A stretch of 62,632 nt of DNA, counting the filler, from Basidioascus undulatus (Eukaryota): the NCBI GenBank assembly GCA_000826855.1. It is 9 parts of 9 records of this genome, joined end to end, with 100 filler letters (N's around TTAATTAATTAA, not from the genome) between each part and the next. Parts side by side here need not be neighbours in the genome. Positions count along the whole stretch, not along the records: positions 34,951 to 41,818 come from JTLS01001665.1; positions 41,919 to 48,729 come from JTLS01001666.1; positions 48,830 to 55,681 come from JTLS01001667.1; 6 more parts are not named here. The stretch is one strand, 5' to 3'. Position numbers and translations under genes: made by a program. The notes below the pieces were generated by a model. That model ran no database searches, had not been told where the DNA came from, and saw only the letters and a program-made list of their open reading frames with translations. The number at the start of each line of letters is the position of its first letter. Position 1 is the first letter of the stretch. Below are positions 37,457 to 50,420 of this stretch, one piece after another.

Positions 37457-39532
37457 CGGATTCGACTCGGTTCTGTGCAGTGAGTACGCTTGGATCTTTA
37501 TATTTTTCGGTTTCTGAGAATGATGTCTGTGATGGAGGGTGTCCACTAAGGATGATTGGGCGGTGCGACTGCAAAGAGACCGGCTCGGGACAACGGCCGG
37601 CCCGGGGCTTATCCATCAGGCCGCCTGGCAGGCTGGTCGGCTGTTTGCATGCCGCTGATCGTGCTCGCCGTTGAGGAATTCCTGAGCGTAATTGATAATG
37701 AGGCATCGAAGAGAATGTATGTCCTTTCATCTGTCAGGTCAGACCTCCATGCATGTCAGCCGACGGTCTGCGTTTGACTGAGCCTTGACGTTCTTCGCTG
37801 TCCGTCCATTCTTGCTATCGTGGCGTCCGGCGGATTCTTCTTTTATTCTACTTTATGAAGATTCACGGTGGAAAATGGGAGAGGGCTCTGAAAAGGAGAG
37901 GCCGACACCCCTTTCAAGTAACTGATGCATGTCCTCCTCATAACGCAGCCCTGCGTTTCGGAAGCCTCGGAACTTGGAACAAACAACATGTGTGCTGGAC
38001 CGTACGAGCGAATGTAAAGGAAAAAACCGAACCCCCAAGCTGCGGATGAACTGTCGTCCGCTGTCAAAACTACGTTTGCAACTGCCTGTGGTGAACGTAT
38101 TCATTTCAGAATGTGTGTACCTTTTAATTAACAAACGACTGACTGTGCATGGTAAAGACCAATGTGCAGAGCTCTTAACATTGGTGTTGCCTGCTGTGCA
38201 GGGGTACCTGCATGCACGATTCTGGTGCAAGCATCCGAAACACCGACATCGCCCCGTTTTGCCCGCACACCTCGATCTCTACCACTGCTCGTGATTTCAA
38301 CATTCCTACCTCATGCATACTCTCCCGACTCGACCGACTATATTATCTTCCATCTTATCAAGAACAATCAGGTCGATCGCATAGCGGGTGTTGCCACGGG
38401 TCTGGAATTCCACTGGACACTGGAAGATGAGCACTATACAGTTCCTTCATGGTGGAGCAATGGGTCCAGGAGTCGCTGGGTCTTCAAGATGTACACAACA
38501 AGTTTGTGAAGCAGCGAGATCGACTCCTAGACGAAAAGCGCGCCGGCGTCAACCACCCGCTTCGCGGCGAGAAGCTGAAGACACTTGAGCAACTTCTCGT
38601 GAGCCTGCAGAACCGGATCAAAGGTCTTTGCTGTGGTGGGCTGGTGAGTCATTCTTAATCAATCTAGTCCCTTGTAGCCTGAAAGGCGTGCGGCGGGTGT
38701 GGCCACTTCCAATTCTTCACAAGCGTCGCAAAGTATTCGCCTCTCAGCAAAAGGTCGGCGCAGGTGTTCGACGACGAAGGAATCCTTTGAGAACGGCGTT
38801 GGCTTGCGAAGAAAAGGGACGAGCGGGGACCTGGGCGATGGACGGATGACTGCGAGACTCCTTCAGGCTCAAAGCTTTCAAATTCGCCCCGTGACAGGAC
38901 TATATCCCAGTTAATTCCAAAGATGGATGCAGCATCTCTTACACTGCCTAATAGCACCTTTAGTAACCTGGCGAACTTTCATTCGATAGACCTAAAACTT
39001 TATCGTCTTTCGTTTATACCCAAGCGCAGAGTTGAAGCGTTTCCACAATATGGTCGGATCGTAACCTAGTGATGCTCTAAAGTTACAGCATAGACGTGCG
39101 CGTATGCCAGGCTTGGGGACCATCAAAGTGTGTAGACGAAGTCGAGGTTCTCTCGGTCCGTCTGTCATGCCCACATCTTATGTCAGCCGATAGGAGACAT
39201 CCCGTTTTGTTTTATCATGTTTTCATTCTCTTAATTGAAAACTTACGCTTGCCGCTGATATGCGTAAGCACGACTGGTCGTAGAGCAAGTTCTGGTGATG
39301 CGTGCTCGCATGCCCGCTAGCGCTCGCCCAGCCTCTCATTTCCACTCGCCCGAAGCGAAAGACTAATACCAGCGGTGATTTTAAGGCATATAACAGTCCA
39401 GTATCCATGAAAAAGCGTCATGTTGGAAACAACCGTTCATCTTCATGTCATGTCACAAGCGTAATCATGTATGCTTGCGGCCCGCTCGCTCCAACGTTTA
39501 GTCTCTTCAAGTCCAATTCACCACCGCCCGAC

Positions 39533-40567
39533 TTATCCCCCATGGACCAGGCTGCTGAGGAAATACTCGGGGTGAGCAGCATCAATCTCCTCCAACGTCG
39601 TTGCCCTCGCGACCGCCGCTTTCGGCTCTCCCACAGCTTCCAACTGCTCCGCGACCAGTCCCTCTGCGCCGCGTGTTCCGCTTTGCTCCAGAGCGAAGGA
39701 GGGATGGGCCCCTCGACATGCTTCGGCGCGCTCACCCATTTCGACAGTTCCTCCCCGCTCTTCCCTTCGGGCACGCCCACTTCGGTGAGCTCGGCGAAGA
39801 TGAGCGTGTTGCCGGGCTCGGCGAGCAGGGCGCGCTGTAAGTCTGTATTCGTCCATCTCAGTACAAGAAACCTTCCGAAGGCTCTGAGGAAGCGAAAGAG
39901 ATCTGCGCACCGTTTCGAGCGTCTTCGAGCTTCCTTGCATCCTGCGTGCTTTGCCGCGCTTGTACAGCGCTTTTGGGTTGCCCGAGTCGAACATCGACGC
40001 GTCGCTCGCATCACACTCTGCCTCTTTCCACCTGTTTCATCCAGCGCGTTAGTTTCGCACCTTTCGAATGTTCAAGCTGTGTCGGAGTGGAATGAATTGG
40101 AAATGCATCAGCCAAGCTTGAGCGCTGCTTGCGCAAGGTTGAGCGGATACACAGGCTCCTGCAGCGCGAGGATCGAGCCAGCGGTGTAAAACTTGTAGGC
40201 CTGCTCAAAGTCCCCGGTACGGAAGGCAGTGTTGCCCTGTTGGTGAATCCGCCACCAGTCAGCGCTGCACGCGCATGCCCCACGGGCGCTCAGGACAGCA
40301 TTCGTCGCAGCGTACCTTCTCTTTGAAGGTGAGCGCCTTGGCCGCGGTCTCGTCCAACCACACCGTCAAGCTCAGACCAGGGAATCCTCAGACAGGCTAG
40401 GCTTACCCGTTCCCATTCTTCCTGTTCCCTTGCGAGCATGCGTGCATGCTCTCATCGCGGCGCTCCCTCTGGATGCTCTCATTCTGGAGCAAGCGCAAGA
40501 ACGTCTCGCGCTCGACTGGGTCGGGCTGGTTCTGGAGGATCCTCTGGGCGAACTGGGGCATCTCCAT
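39533..40567 (-). pseudogene. TPR-repeat protein, frameshifted
   Basis: KEKGNTAFRTGDFEQAYKFYT, YPLNLAQAALKL, NPKALYKRGKAR and DLQRALLAEPGN. Frame breaks near 40450 and in the last exon. Confidence 0.65.
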
Positions 40568-41099
40568 CAGGCGGCGCTCGGAGAGCAGGCGCCCAAGTTC
40601 CTCGTATGCGCGCGGGTCGCTGCCCAGTGGCGATGCAGAGGCGGACCTTTCGTGGGTAGGCTGGTGGTTGTAGGTGTCGGACGTCTCGTACGTGGAAATA
40701 ATTAAAGCGGGATTTCACACTGCGGGTCAGCGGTCTGGTTTGTTCGAGGAGTCTGTAAAGCAGAACGAGCGCGAGAAGGAAACATGCTATGGCTCGGTGA
40801 CGACCCTTCCGTATCCGTGGATGCGGACGGCGACGGACGGCATAATGCCCTAGCATATGGTGTTCCTTCGGTCAAACTTTTTCATTTATGGTCAAGAGTA
40901 CTGGAGAACACAGACGTGCAATACATTAGAACCTGCAGGTTCCCCCAACAGTTGGATACAATGAAGAGCTACGGGCCTTCGTCGGACCCACTTCAACCTC
41001 CAACCAAATCAGTTCCAGTCTTCTCCATGCCAACTTCCCACCGCAAACCCCGCCCGAGGAACGAGCTCAAAGGGGTAAGTGGAAGAAGAAGGAACCCCA

Positions 41100-41818
41100 C
41101 GCACCTCGCAGCGTCCAAAAACAGCGCCTCCCTACCCGCGGCGACCGCCACAACACCCCCCTCGCACGAGAACTCCATGCTCTGTACATCAGCGGGGAGG
41201 ACAACCTCGCCCGTGGGGCGGAGCGTGCGCAGGTCCCACCACCGAATCGTCCGGTCTTCCCCGCCCGTCGTGATCGCGCCCGCGGCGCCGTCCCAGAGGA
41301 TCGAGCGGATGGTGGAGGAGTGCGCGAGGTCGGAGGAAGGAGAGGAGGAGAGGAGAGGGGGGGGAGAGGGGGGGGAGCGAAGGTCGAACAGCCTGAAGAG
41401 GTGCCAGTTCAGAGAAAGAGAAACGCAAAGGAAGAAGGAAGGGGGGCGCACCGCAGTTTCTTCTCGTTCCCGCCCGTAAGCATGTGCGTCCCGTCAGGGC
41501 TCACTGCGACGCTCCGCACAATATGCTCATGCGCGAACGAGTGGACCTCGCGCCCGGTAAACGTGTCCCACACCTTGGCGGTGAAGTCGGCCGAGGCGGT
41601 CACCGCGCGCGAGGTGTCGTGCGAGAGCTTGGCCTGCCACACGGCGCCCTTGTGGCCCAGGAAGGTCCCGATCCAGTCCCCCGTCCAGTCGCGGAGCATG
41701 GGGTTGCCGCTGCGGGCGAGGAGGGGTCAGCATCCCGCTCAGATCTAGCTTCCTCTTGGAGGAGAGGAGATGCGGGGGGAGAAGAGAGAACGAGACACTG
41801 CGTGAGCTGTGACGGGCT
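41100..41818 (-). CDS. STRAP: WD40 serine-threonine kinase receptor-associated protein (STRAP/unrip), partial
   Basis: GNPMLRDWTGDWIGTFLGHKGAVWQAKL..AVTASADFTAKVWD, HIVRSV..TGGNEKKLRLFDL and GEDRTIRWWDLR. Confidence 0.88.
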
Positions 41819-41918
41819 NNNNNNNNNNNNNNNNNNNNNNNNNNNNNNNNNNNNNNNNNNNNTTAATTAATTAANNNNNNNNNNNNNNNNNNNNNNNNNN
41901 NNNNNNNNNNNNNNNNNN
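41819..41918. other. Artificial contig spacer
   Basis: N44-TTAATTAATTAA-N44. Confidence 0.98.
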
Positions 41919-43144
41919 GGGGATGGGGCGGATGGTGAGGTGTGGGGATGTTGAGTGAGCGCCGCAGCCTTTATAGATGCTCTAGAGGAGGCTGCCCGCT
42001 GCAAGTCCCTCCCAAGGAAAGGCGAAAGGCTGCGCCGCGCGACCGCAACCGGCTTGCTGCGTACGGCACCGCCAGCTCCGGCTGCTTCACAGAGCAATTG
42101 CAGTTAGCTTTGATTTCATTTTCAAAGGTGACAACTAACCAAACCAGCTGAAGTGCCTTTCGTGAAATATGACAGTTGCAGGAACATACGCGGGCGAGGA
42201 TCATTCAACCGGCAACCTGGCTCGTTCACGCATGGCTGGCTGCACTTAAACGAATAGTTTTAGCCAGATTTCCGTCTGTCATCCTGTTCCAGAGCTCGGG
42301 TGCATGAAAAGACAGGAAAGACCATGATCTTTCGACCTGCACCGACTTTCGGGTGGTCCGCTCAGTAGACGGGCTGAGCTTACGCCCAGTTCCAAAGAGA
42401 GCTCTTAGGATAGAGAGGACTATCATCAGGCAAGCCTTTCAAGTAACGGATCATTGCTTTTCAAGATGTGCAAAGAGCACCTGTGGCTTTATCACCGGAT
42501 CGGAGACTCTGGCGTCGACAAACGTCCCTCAGTTCCTGGCCTGGAGTGGAAACAAACATTTAACAAACATTAATCGCGCACTCCCAGAAGCAGCTCGTTC
42601 GAGCGTCGTCTCTGCGCTGTCCCGAGCTCGTCCAGCCGCTCCGTCCGCGTTCGCTTCGCCGAGCGACGCCGCGCTGGAGCCCACGCCGCCCGCTCTACCC
42701 AATTTTTCCCGCGCCAACGTTTACGACTGGCTGTTAGATCTTGATCTGCCCGGACTGCCTTCCGTTGAAGAGACGATGGTCGAGCTGAATGGCGGAAGCA
42801 TTGGTGCCGTGAATGGCCCCGGCGGAGGCGGCATCGGTGCCGGACCGGCAGACGCGCAGAGCTGGGCGTTCATGTGGGAAGGAGCAGGCGGGAGGTAGGA
42901 CGATTCCGGATGATTACAATTGCCACGACGTCTACTTGTGTAGATTAAGGCACTCGTGCGGATTGCTGGGAGAGTGTCTGTCGAGGGCAGCGAACAGCTT
43001 TAGTCGTATAAGCAAGAATCGCTGGCTGGCGTGAAGCGCTCATGTGGTAGAGGGATGCGAGCAACCTGCCATCCGCTACAGAGGACTCATGTCCATCGCA
43101 CGCAACCTCACGCACGGCTGAACAACACATCATCGTAACCAAGA

Positions 43145-45184
43145 TCATATTGGCAGAGCCGCATCAAGCCGCACGGGAGCCAGGCCCGTCCCACCCTCGT
43201 CCCCTGACGGTGTCTGTGCCGCCGACCTATTGCCCCTCGTCGCCCGACCATGAGTTGGCTTCCTCTCCTCCGGCCTTCCCTTCTTCTCCTCGTCCTTTTC
43301 CTTCTCCTTCTCCTTCCCCTTTCCCTTCCCCTTCTCCACAGCCTTCTCAACCACCTCCTCCCACTGCGGCTCAATCCCCTCGAAGACTTCCGCCCAGCCG
43401 TCCGCCCAAGCCTCGGGCTCTGCCAGCCCCGCCGTCCCGCCCCACCCGTCCCCGGACCCGCCGACGTACGCGCCCGTCGCCTGGGCCCAGACATACTCGT
43501 GCGCGAGCAGGCGCGTGAGACGCGCGAACGCGTCGGCGTTAGCGTAGGGGATGCCGGTGCGCGGGTCGAGGTACTTGGCGGGCAGGCCAGTGAGCGGACA
43601 GAGCGGCACCTTTTTTTCTGTTTTGTCAGCCGCCCTACCCTTTCAGCATAAATGATATCGAGTTGTGCAAGCGAAGAGCGAGACGCACGCTGAGGACGGT
43701 GACGAGCCTGGACGATCCTGATGTTGCGCCAGTCGACGTGCGAACCGAAGAGGATCCGGAGCGTCTCGTAGGAAGGAATGGTCCGGTGCCCGAGACCCTT
43801 GATGAGCACGTAGTTCCGCGCGTGCGGGCCTGCCAGCTGCTCCGGCTCTGCACCGGCGGTGGCTGCAGCGGCATCAAAAGAGGATTCCGCCGGCGCCGGC
43901 CCCGTCGCCGGTGAAGGTGATGGTACGGCAATCGCTGGGGCCGTGGGGATGGGAGGGGGAACGGGAGCGTGGGTGGGCTTTGATGGTGAAGAGGGAGCGG
44001 GAGCGTGTGAGGGGTGAGCGGGAGCGTCGGAGGGGTTAGAGAAGGTTTGAGGGGGACGACCCGTATCAGGTCGAGCGGTAGGGTCGGTGGATGGGAGGGT
44101 GGAAGGTCCGGCGAGGTTGGGAGCGGTGGGATTGGGATGTGAAACGTCGGTCGCAGATTCGGGTGTTGGCGAGGACGCCTTCGATGGCTCGACGGGGGCA
44201 TCCGCGAGCCGTCCGCTGGCGCCCTCCTCCTCCACGACCACGACCTCCTTAACCATCCTCCTCTCCGTCCCCTCAACCCTGCTAACCCACCGCACATAGC
44301 CTCCCTCAATCTTCTTCCTTCCGCGCCAAGCGCGCGCGTTGCGCAGCTTGGCCTCCTCGCGCGTCTCGAGCTCCTGCAAGCTCGCGAGGTTCGCCTCCTC
44401 TGTCTCGAGCGCGATCGCGATGAGGTCGGCTTGCGTGAGCTTCGGGCGATGGACGACCTTGGGCTTGGGAAGCGAAGCCTGTAGTTTCCTTCGGTCCTGA
44501 GAGGGAGCTCCCTTCAAACGAAACTTGAGAGCAAGTACGCACCCGCCTCTGCTCCTCCTGCGCCGCGCGAGAGTCCGTCTCGTCTCGGTTGAGCACCGTT
44601 GACGATCGGCTGCTCTGCCGACGGCTATCCAGAGGTACAGGCGTGGCTATCGCCGGGTCGACAGCGGAAGGGTCGATCGTGACGCGTCGTTTCTTCGTCG
44701 GCGGCTCTGAAGAGCTGTCCGCCGCGCCCGCGGCGGGAGTGCGAATCGCGGGCTTAGGCTTGGGCTTCGGACGAGCGAGACCGGGGATGGCGGCGGCGGC
44801 CTTCTGTCTAGCAGCCTGTATTACACCTTCAGTTCAGCCCAGCCCAGTCATCTGTCCATCGTGATGAGACGCACCTTCTTCGCCTCCTTCTCCGCCCGCT
44901 CCAGTTCCTTCTCCCCCGCTTCCTCATCGTCCTCATCGCCTTCCTGCTCCTCGTCCGTACTGGCAAAGTCCTGGTCGAACTCATCATACTCCTCTATATA
45001 GACGGTTGTCGTGAGCGAAAACCATGAAGGAGCATGCGGTATCCGGCTCACCCTTGTGCTGCGTGAACTCGACGTCCTCCGGGTCTTCCTTGGTCGCCTC
45101 TTCGCCGCGAGCGCGCTCCTCGTCGAGAAGCGCCCGCAACCGATTGCCCGCGGTTGCTCGACGAGATCTGGACGTTGCTAGCAT
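43145..45184 (-). CDS. VPS72: SWR1 complex subunit Vps72/Swc2/YL1
   Basis: N-terminus LATSRSRRATAGNRLRALLDEE, acidic tract, LTQADLIAIALETEEANLASL and YL1_C CPLTGLPAKYLDPRTGIPYAN. Confidence 0.9.
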
Positions 45185-45348
45185 TCTGGTGGCCGGCGAT
45201 GAAATGGTATCTGGGCAAGGCGCATCAAGACGCGTCGAGCAGGCGACGTCCCGACCGGCCGCTGCTGAGTTGATCTCGACAGCAGGAAGCGCCAAACTAC
45301 AACCCCCAGAAGTCTGAGGTGCCGCGACTTCCCCGTTGCGAACCGGGA

Positions 45349-45384
45349 ACCAAGGTAACTGAACTGACCAAGGTAACTGAACTG
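45349..45384. repeat. Perfect 18-bp tandem duplication upstream of VPS72
   Basis: ACCAAGGTAACTGAACTG x2. Confidence 0.85.
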
Positions 45385-45937
45385 CTGCAGAGAGGAAATC
45401 AAATATAATTTTGCAGTATAGGTCTGGATCCGAGGTTCGTGGTAGTGAAGAAAAGATGAGTTTCATATGCATCTGCGGCTGTTAACTAGGACGCCCATCC
45501 ACGGCACCTCGAATTTGCGGCAAAGCGCCCGCTGGAGTTAAAAGTGTAAGATGCATTTGGAATAAAAGATACTGTCACCTCATTGGGGGTGCAATAGGGC
45601 GTGGCGCCAAGCATCAAAGTCTATCGAATGTATGCTGCCAGTGGGCACGCCGCACGCAATGGCATGACACAACTAGTCGATTATCCGGTACTACCCACGG
45701 AAAATGCTATGGACAAAAGTAATCCCTCTTTGATGGGGTGAAATTTTCAGGTTCCTTCGCTCAGTGACTCCCGGCAACCGGCCTTTGGAATCAACGCGAA
45801 GTCACGTTTCCTTGTTTACAACAGCGAAGTTCGAGCATTATACAACATCGACGGTCAGCCAACGCAACACCCGTACAATAAAGCCCAAAAGCGAAGGAAA
45901 AAGTCTATCTGTATCCCGGCGCCACCCGAAAAACAAA

Positions 45938-46576
45938 TCAAGAAATGAGACGGAGCCTCTCCTGCGCGTTGTCGAAGAGCCCGACGGTGGCCACAGCGCG
46001 GCAGCGGGGCGGGACCGAGAGTGCGAAGGGCGGGAGTTGGGGACAGAAGTCGGGCGAGAGGATAATGTCCTCCTCCTCTTGGACGGTGCATATGGAGCAA
46101 GGAGTGCTGGGGGAGGGAGAGATCACGTCGGATGCGCCGCAGGAGGTGACCTGGACTAGTTCGACAGAAGGCACGGGGGGGAGAGTCAAGAGCTGTGGTT
46201 GTGTAGGCTCGTGTGAGGGACGGTCCTCTCTTATACTGGAGAATGTAATTTGAGTATGACTCACCCACTCGGCCTGGAATGCGGGTCGTTGACCTGCGGC
46301 TCCAGGATACGCACGGCCTCGTCCCAGTCCATCGGGGGCCGCTGTGTAACGACGCGAGCTAGTCCGCGCACCGTCCCAGAGGGCGCGGAATCTGGGAATC
46401 CGAGGTAAGCTCACCCTAATGCCCCCCGACGGCTCGACGGTCTTGCTGTCGACCTGCGCGGCGAACGGCGAAAGCGGGCCGAGGGGGAGGAACTCGCTCG
46501 CGAGGGAGGCGATGGCGTGGAGCTCGATGCGGATGGGGCGGGGAATGAAGTGGCGAAGGACGGAGATGGGGAACAT
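45938..46576 (-). CDS. Small hypothetical protein (probably spliced)
   Basis: MFPISVLRHFIPRPIRIELHAIASLASEFLPLGPL.. with coding-like codon usage and GTGAG donors. No recognisable family. Confidence 0.35.
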   Translation of the reverse strand: MFPISVLRHFIPRPIRIELHAIASLASEFLPLGPLSPFAAQVDSKTVEPSGGIRVSLPRIPRFRALWDGARTSSRRYTAAPDGLGRGRAYPGAAGQRPAFQAEWVSHTQITFSSIREDRPSHEPTQPQLLTLPPVPSVELVQVTSCGASDVISPSPSTPCSICTVQEEEDIILSPDFCPQLPPFALSVPPRCRAVATVGLFDNAQERLRLIS

Positions 46577-47272
46577 ATTGATAGACGTTGTGGATGTGGT
46601 GGTGGAAGTGAGGAGGTAGGATCGATGGGAGTGAGTGAGGCAGAGTTGCTTCGGGGGTCGACCCCCCTCTTACACCTTCAGCTCTCCGTGGCAAAGACAT
46701 TCAAGTTCAGGGTCGGCTCTCCCCTCGTTCCGAGTACTGAATGAAAGGTAGGTACAGAGATTGAGGAGATATCACAGTGAAGGTTGGAGCGAGAATGTCT
46801 GTGGGCGGAAGCGAGGCCGAAGTAGAGGGGCAGCCAGTCTTAAACGCAACGTCTGCATGTTGGCAGCGGAAGCACCAACAACGTAACCCGGGAAACAAGA
46901 TGAACAAAAATCCTTTAATAATTCTTGATATATCTCAAATCAAGACCTGGATACTCGCTTAGATGTCACCGGTGGTGTGGTGGACCGGTGGACATCGAAA
47001 CCAAGGCAAAGAGGCAGGCGCAGCTGGCGCTGTTTTAACCAGGGAGCATGTCCTCTTTACTTTCCCAAGGTATATACCAAATATCAGTGCAATTTGTGAC
47101 CTCCAGGCAAAGTATCCTTTGCAAGCGAGACGCAAGCGTTTGGTCAACCAGAGGCGCTGGACAAGGCTCTCCGCAGATCCGTTCACAGGCTTTCTCGCAG
47201 TGCGCCTACCAAAAACTCAATCACAGTCAAGTTTTACACTACAGGCTTAGTTTAGGTCAACGGTTTGCTTCT

Positions 47273-47782
47273 TCAGTTACTGGACCGGCGGTTCGTGCGG
47301 GAGTGCTCGTCCGCGAACTTGACCACAAGTACGCGGTCGTCCTGCAGAGCGGGGAAGTCAGATCCGAATCTCGACGTCCTCTGCAAAGAATAAACAAAAA
47401 AACATGATATCTCTTTCTAGGAGCACCTACCACAGTCTGCCCATTCATCTCCCTAATCGCCTCCTCCGCCTCCTCCAGCCTGATGTACTTGACCTTAACG
47501 TTCGTCCGACAGCACGTCAGATGATCTCAGTTCATGAACGGCACATTTTAACGCACAAAACCGAAACCGCGAGGCTCCTCTGTGTCCTTGTCCTTTACAG
47601 CGACAGCTTCCTTGACGCTTCCGAATTGGGAGAAGAGCTGGTAGAGCAGGCTGTCGGTCGTGTCGAACGAGAGGTTCCCTAATCACCGTGATCGGGGCTG
47701 GTGAGCGCTCTCTTGATTGTACATTCGAGTACTCTGGGAATACTGGCACACCGATGTAGAGCCGATAGTCCTGCGCGCTCAT
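47273..47782 (-). CDS. Small single-RRM RNA-binding protein (4 exons)
   Basis: Spliced MSAQDYRLYIGNLSFDTT (RNP2), KDKDTEEPRGFGFVKY (RNP1), AEEAIREMNGQTVDDRVLVVKFAD..*. Confidence 0.85.
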
Positions 47783-48729
47783 GCTCGTCGTCGGACAGAA
47801 CAAAGGATCTTGCTCGGTAAGAAAGCACGGCTAGAACAGCGTCTCGCTGAATAAGAGGGTTCGAGGCAAGGAAGTGGTATGCTAGAGTATCCGAGAAGGT
47901 ACTGAGTTTACTTGAGCAGCATGATGGCTTGCAGCCAAGCGAAGACGACCTGTGCTCGCGGGAGACTCCAGGAACGCGGGCCGCCGTCCACTGCTTCATT
48001 GTTTGTTGCTCCGCTGCAGGGCAGCGTCGCAAGAGGTCCCGAAGAAGCTCAGGAGATGGAAATAATTCTTTTTGCCATTAAATGTTCAATGTCAAATAGA
48101 CCGCAAGGTCCCCAGATAAGAAAGTAGACGGGTGCACAGTGCAGGACATGTTGGAACGAGCACACGCTGGGCGCGCTGGGTTAGAGTGAGTCGAAGCGAG
48201 GGCAGTCCGTTCAGCTCTGATGCTCTGCGCCAGCAAGTGCAAACCCAAGGCGAGAAAAGACAGTGAGCGAGAGTGCGATGCTCCCGGAATGGATGGATGC
48301 AGTACCGAGTTTAGCGACAGCAGCGCGCAGCCGCATGAGCAAATCAGCCGCATTGCGCTGATCGCCTATGGAGTTCATTTTTCAGTCACTACGACTCAGA
48401 CACGAGCTTCTATTACAATGCAGTGCAAAGCAGCGGATAGCATGCAGCAGCAGCAACAGCAACGACCCTGGTTCTTTCACGCGAGCGGCAGGCCAGATCT
48501 GCTCGAAATGACCGGCACCCGCGGTCAATTATCCGAAAAGCAAGGAAGAGTGGACAGAAAGATGAACGATGCGCACCCCTCGATCATCCCGGCCCGCTCA
48601 CAGCGAGGGGCTCAATACCTCCCCCCACCGCCGCCGTAGCCTGTCCCCATGTACCCCGAACGGATGAGCCATATCGCGACCACGGACGCAAGGCGAAAAG
48701 GTAGCAGAGAGAGACTTGCCGCCTTGCCC

Positions 48730-48829
48730 NNNNNNNNNNNNNNNNNNNNNNNNNNNNNNNNNNNNNNNNNNNNTTAATTAATTAANNNNNNNNNNNNNNN
48801 NNNNNNNNNNNNNNNNNNNNNNNNNNNNN
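48730..48829. other. Artificial contig spacer
   Basis: N44-TTAATTAATTAA-N44. Confidence 0.98.
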
Positions 48830-49166
48830 CCTGCAGTGCTCCGAGGACGCCGCCGTAAAGGCAGAAAGGCCCCAGGGCGAGCGACACGGTCTTGAGCGCG
48901 GGCGAGCGCGCGATGGCTTGGGCCGCGAAGGCGGGGCTGATGACCATTACAGATTCGTGAAGCTTCTCGACTGCTAGAGCTTGGGCGGATCTGGACACGA
49001 GGCACAGCGATCGAAGCGTGTCGAGGACGTCGCGCGGGTAGCCGTATGCGAGGGGATGAGTGGGTGTCGCTAGCTGTTTGATGACCTGCCCAATGAGCTC
49101 GATGGGAAATCGAGGCGCCAGCGGGGGCAGAGCATAGGGCTCGAGAATAACAAACGAGGTACGCAT
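48830..49166 (-). CDS. F-box-like protein, N-terminal part (copy A), truncated by contig end
   Basis: PRFPIELIGQVIKQL..DTLRSLCLVSR..A...LH, a basidiomycete F-box-like pattern. Paralog at 55284. Confidence 0.6.
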
Positions 49167-49857
49167 GAGGATGGTTGTCGTTGAATGGCAAGGTAGGTCG
49201 TGCCACACGCAGCTTTAAAACGCGGAATCAGAGTGCGGGAAAGAGCGCCTAGCTGTGTTGACTTGACTCACTCAGCGTCAAGGATGCTCACCTTAGCCAT
49301 GCTATGTGCTGGGTTATGAGACTCTTCGAGTAGACTCTGGATTCCTGACAGTCGCTGACGATGCGAGTCCAATCTTTTTCGCGGATGTATTGTAATTACA
49401 CCGTCTCTCCTTCCCTGTCTCCCGCTGTCTGCTTACCGGCTTCCGAATAACTATAAAAATGCGTACTGTCCTCCGAGTTCGACCAGACACTTAAACACGC
49501 GGGCAGGTCGTTACCGGAGGGCCGCAGCGAGCCTGACGAGCACGGGCGACCTGTTGCAGGCATTCGATCACTCCGCTTCGAGAGGGTCCGTAAATCTGTA
49601 GATACCAATAGCACACGTGTGCAAATGGTTTGTTACTCTCAGGTTGCTTGGGTGGGTAGGTTGCTTCACCGGTAAAGCTAGTTGAGTTTTGCGCCCATCT
49701 CTGACAGGAAGAGGCCGAGAGGAAGACAAGACTACGCTGAAAACGAAGAGAAAGCTGTGTCTCTTTACCTTAGAGAAACCCGCAGGCGGCGGACTGACGT
49801 TGACACTGTTGCCTAGGGGTTAGATCCGATTAAAATTATAGAGAAAGATATCTGTAT

Positions 49858-49949
49858 GACCAGATGGCCGAGTGGTTAAGGCGTGAGACTCGAATTAGCT
49901 CGACATCTCATGGGCTCTGCCCGCGTAGGTTCAAATCCTGCTCTGGTCG
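49858..49949 (+). tRNA. tRNA-Ser(CGA) with a 10-nt intron at 37/38 (49895-49904)
   Basis: GACCAGA/TCTGGTC acceptor; TGAGA-CT-CGA-A-[ttagctcgac]-A-TCTCA; long variable arm GGGCTCTGCCC; GTAGG-TTCAAAT-CCTGC; G73; TTTTT downstream. Confidence 0.95.
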
Positions 49950-50420
49950 CAATTTTTGCACTTGTCTCCTTCTCTCCTGAACACCTTTTTCTTGCCCAAG
50001 AATGCCCTACCCCTTTACATCCTTTTTTTTTTTGAAGGCACGGTGATCGTCGAAACACCCCCTTTCAAGTGGTCCGGAAGCCGACTACTGCTCTGGTCCG
50101 GGCTTGGTCCGGCGCTCGCGGCCGTCTTCTCTCGTCCAAGGCTCTGCGTCTTCTCTCAGCTCCTCCTGCGTCTTATCGTTCCCGCCCGACTCGTCCTCCG
50201 GCGCCTCTGTATTGTGTCTCACCCTTGTTGCCTCTGTCGGGGTCTTCCACCTTTTTACAAAGGCCACGCTAAGCTAACGCCGCCAAAGGTTCCACACCGC
50301 GTGAGCTCTCCTTTCCCTCTTTCCGGCGGCGGTCGCGTGCGGCGGACCGGATCAATCTCTTTGCTCACACGGGCATGCTTATTTCCAGATCTTCTGTCTC
50401 TCCGGATACACCTCCCTGTA

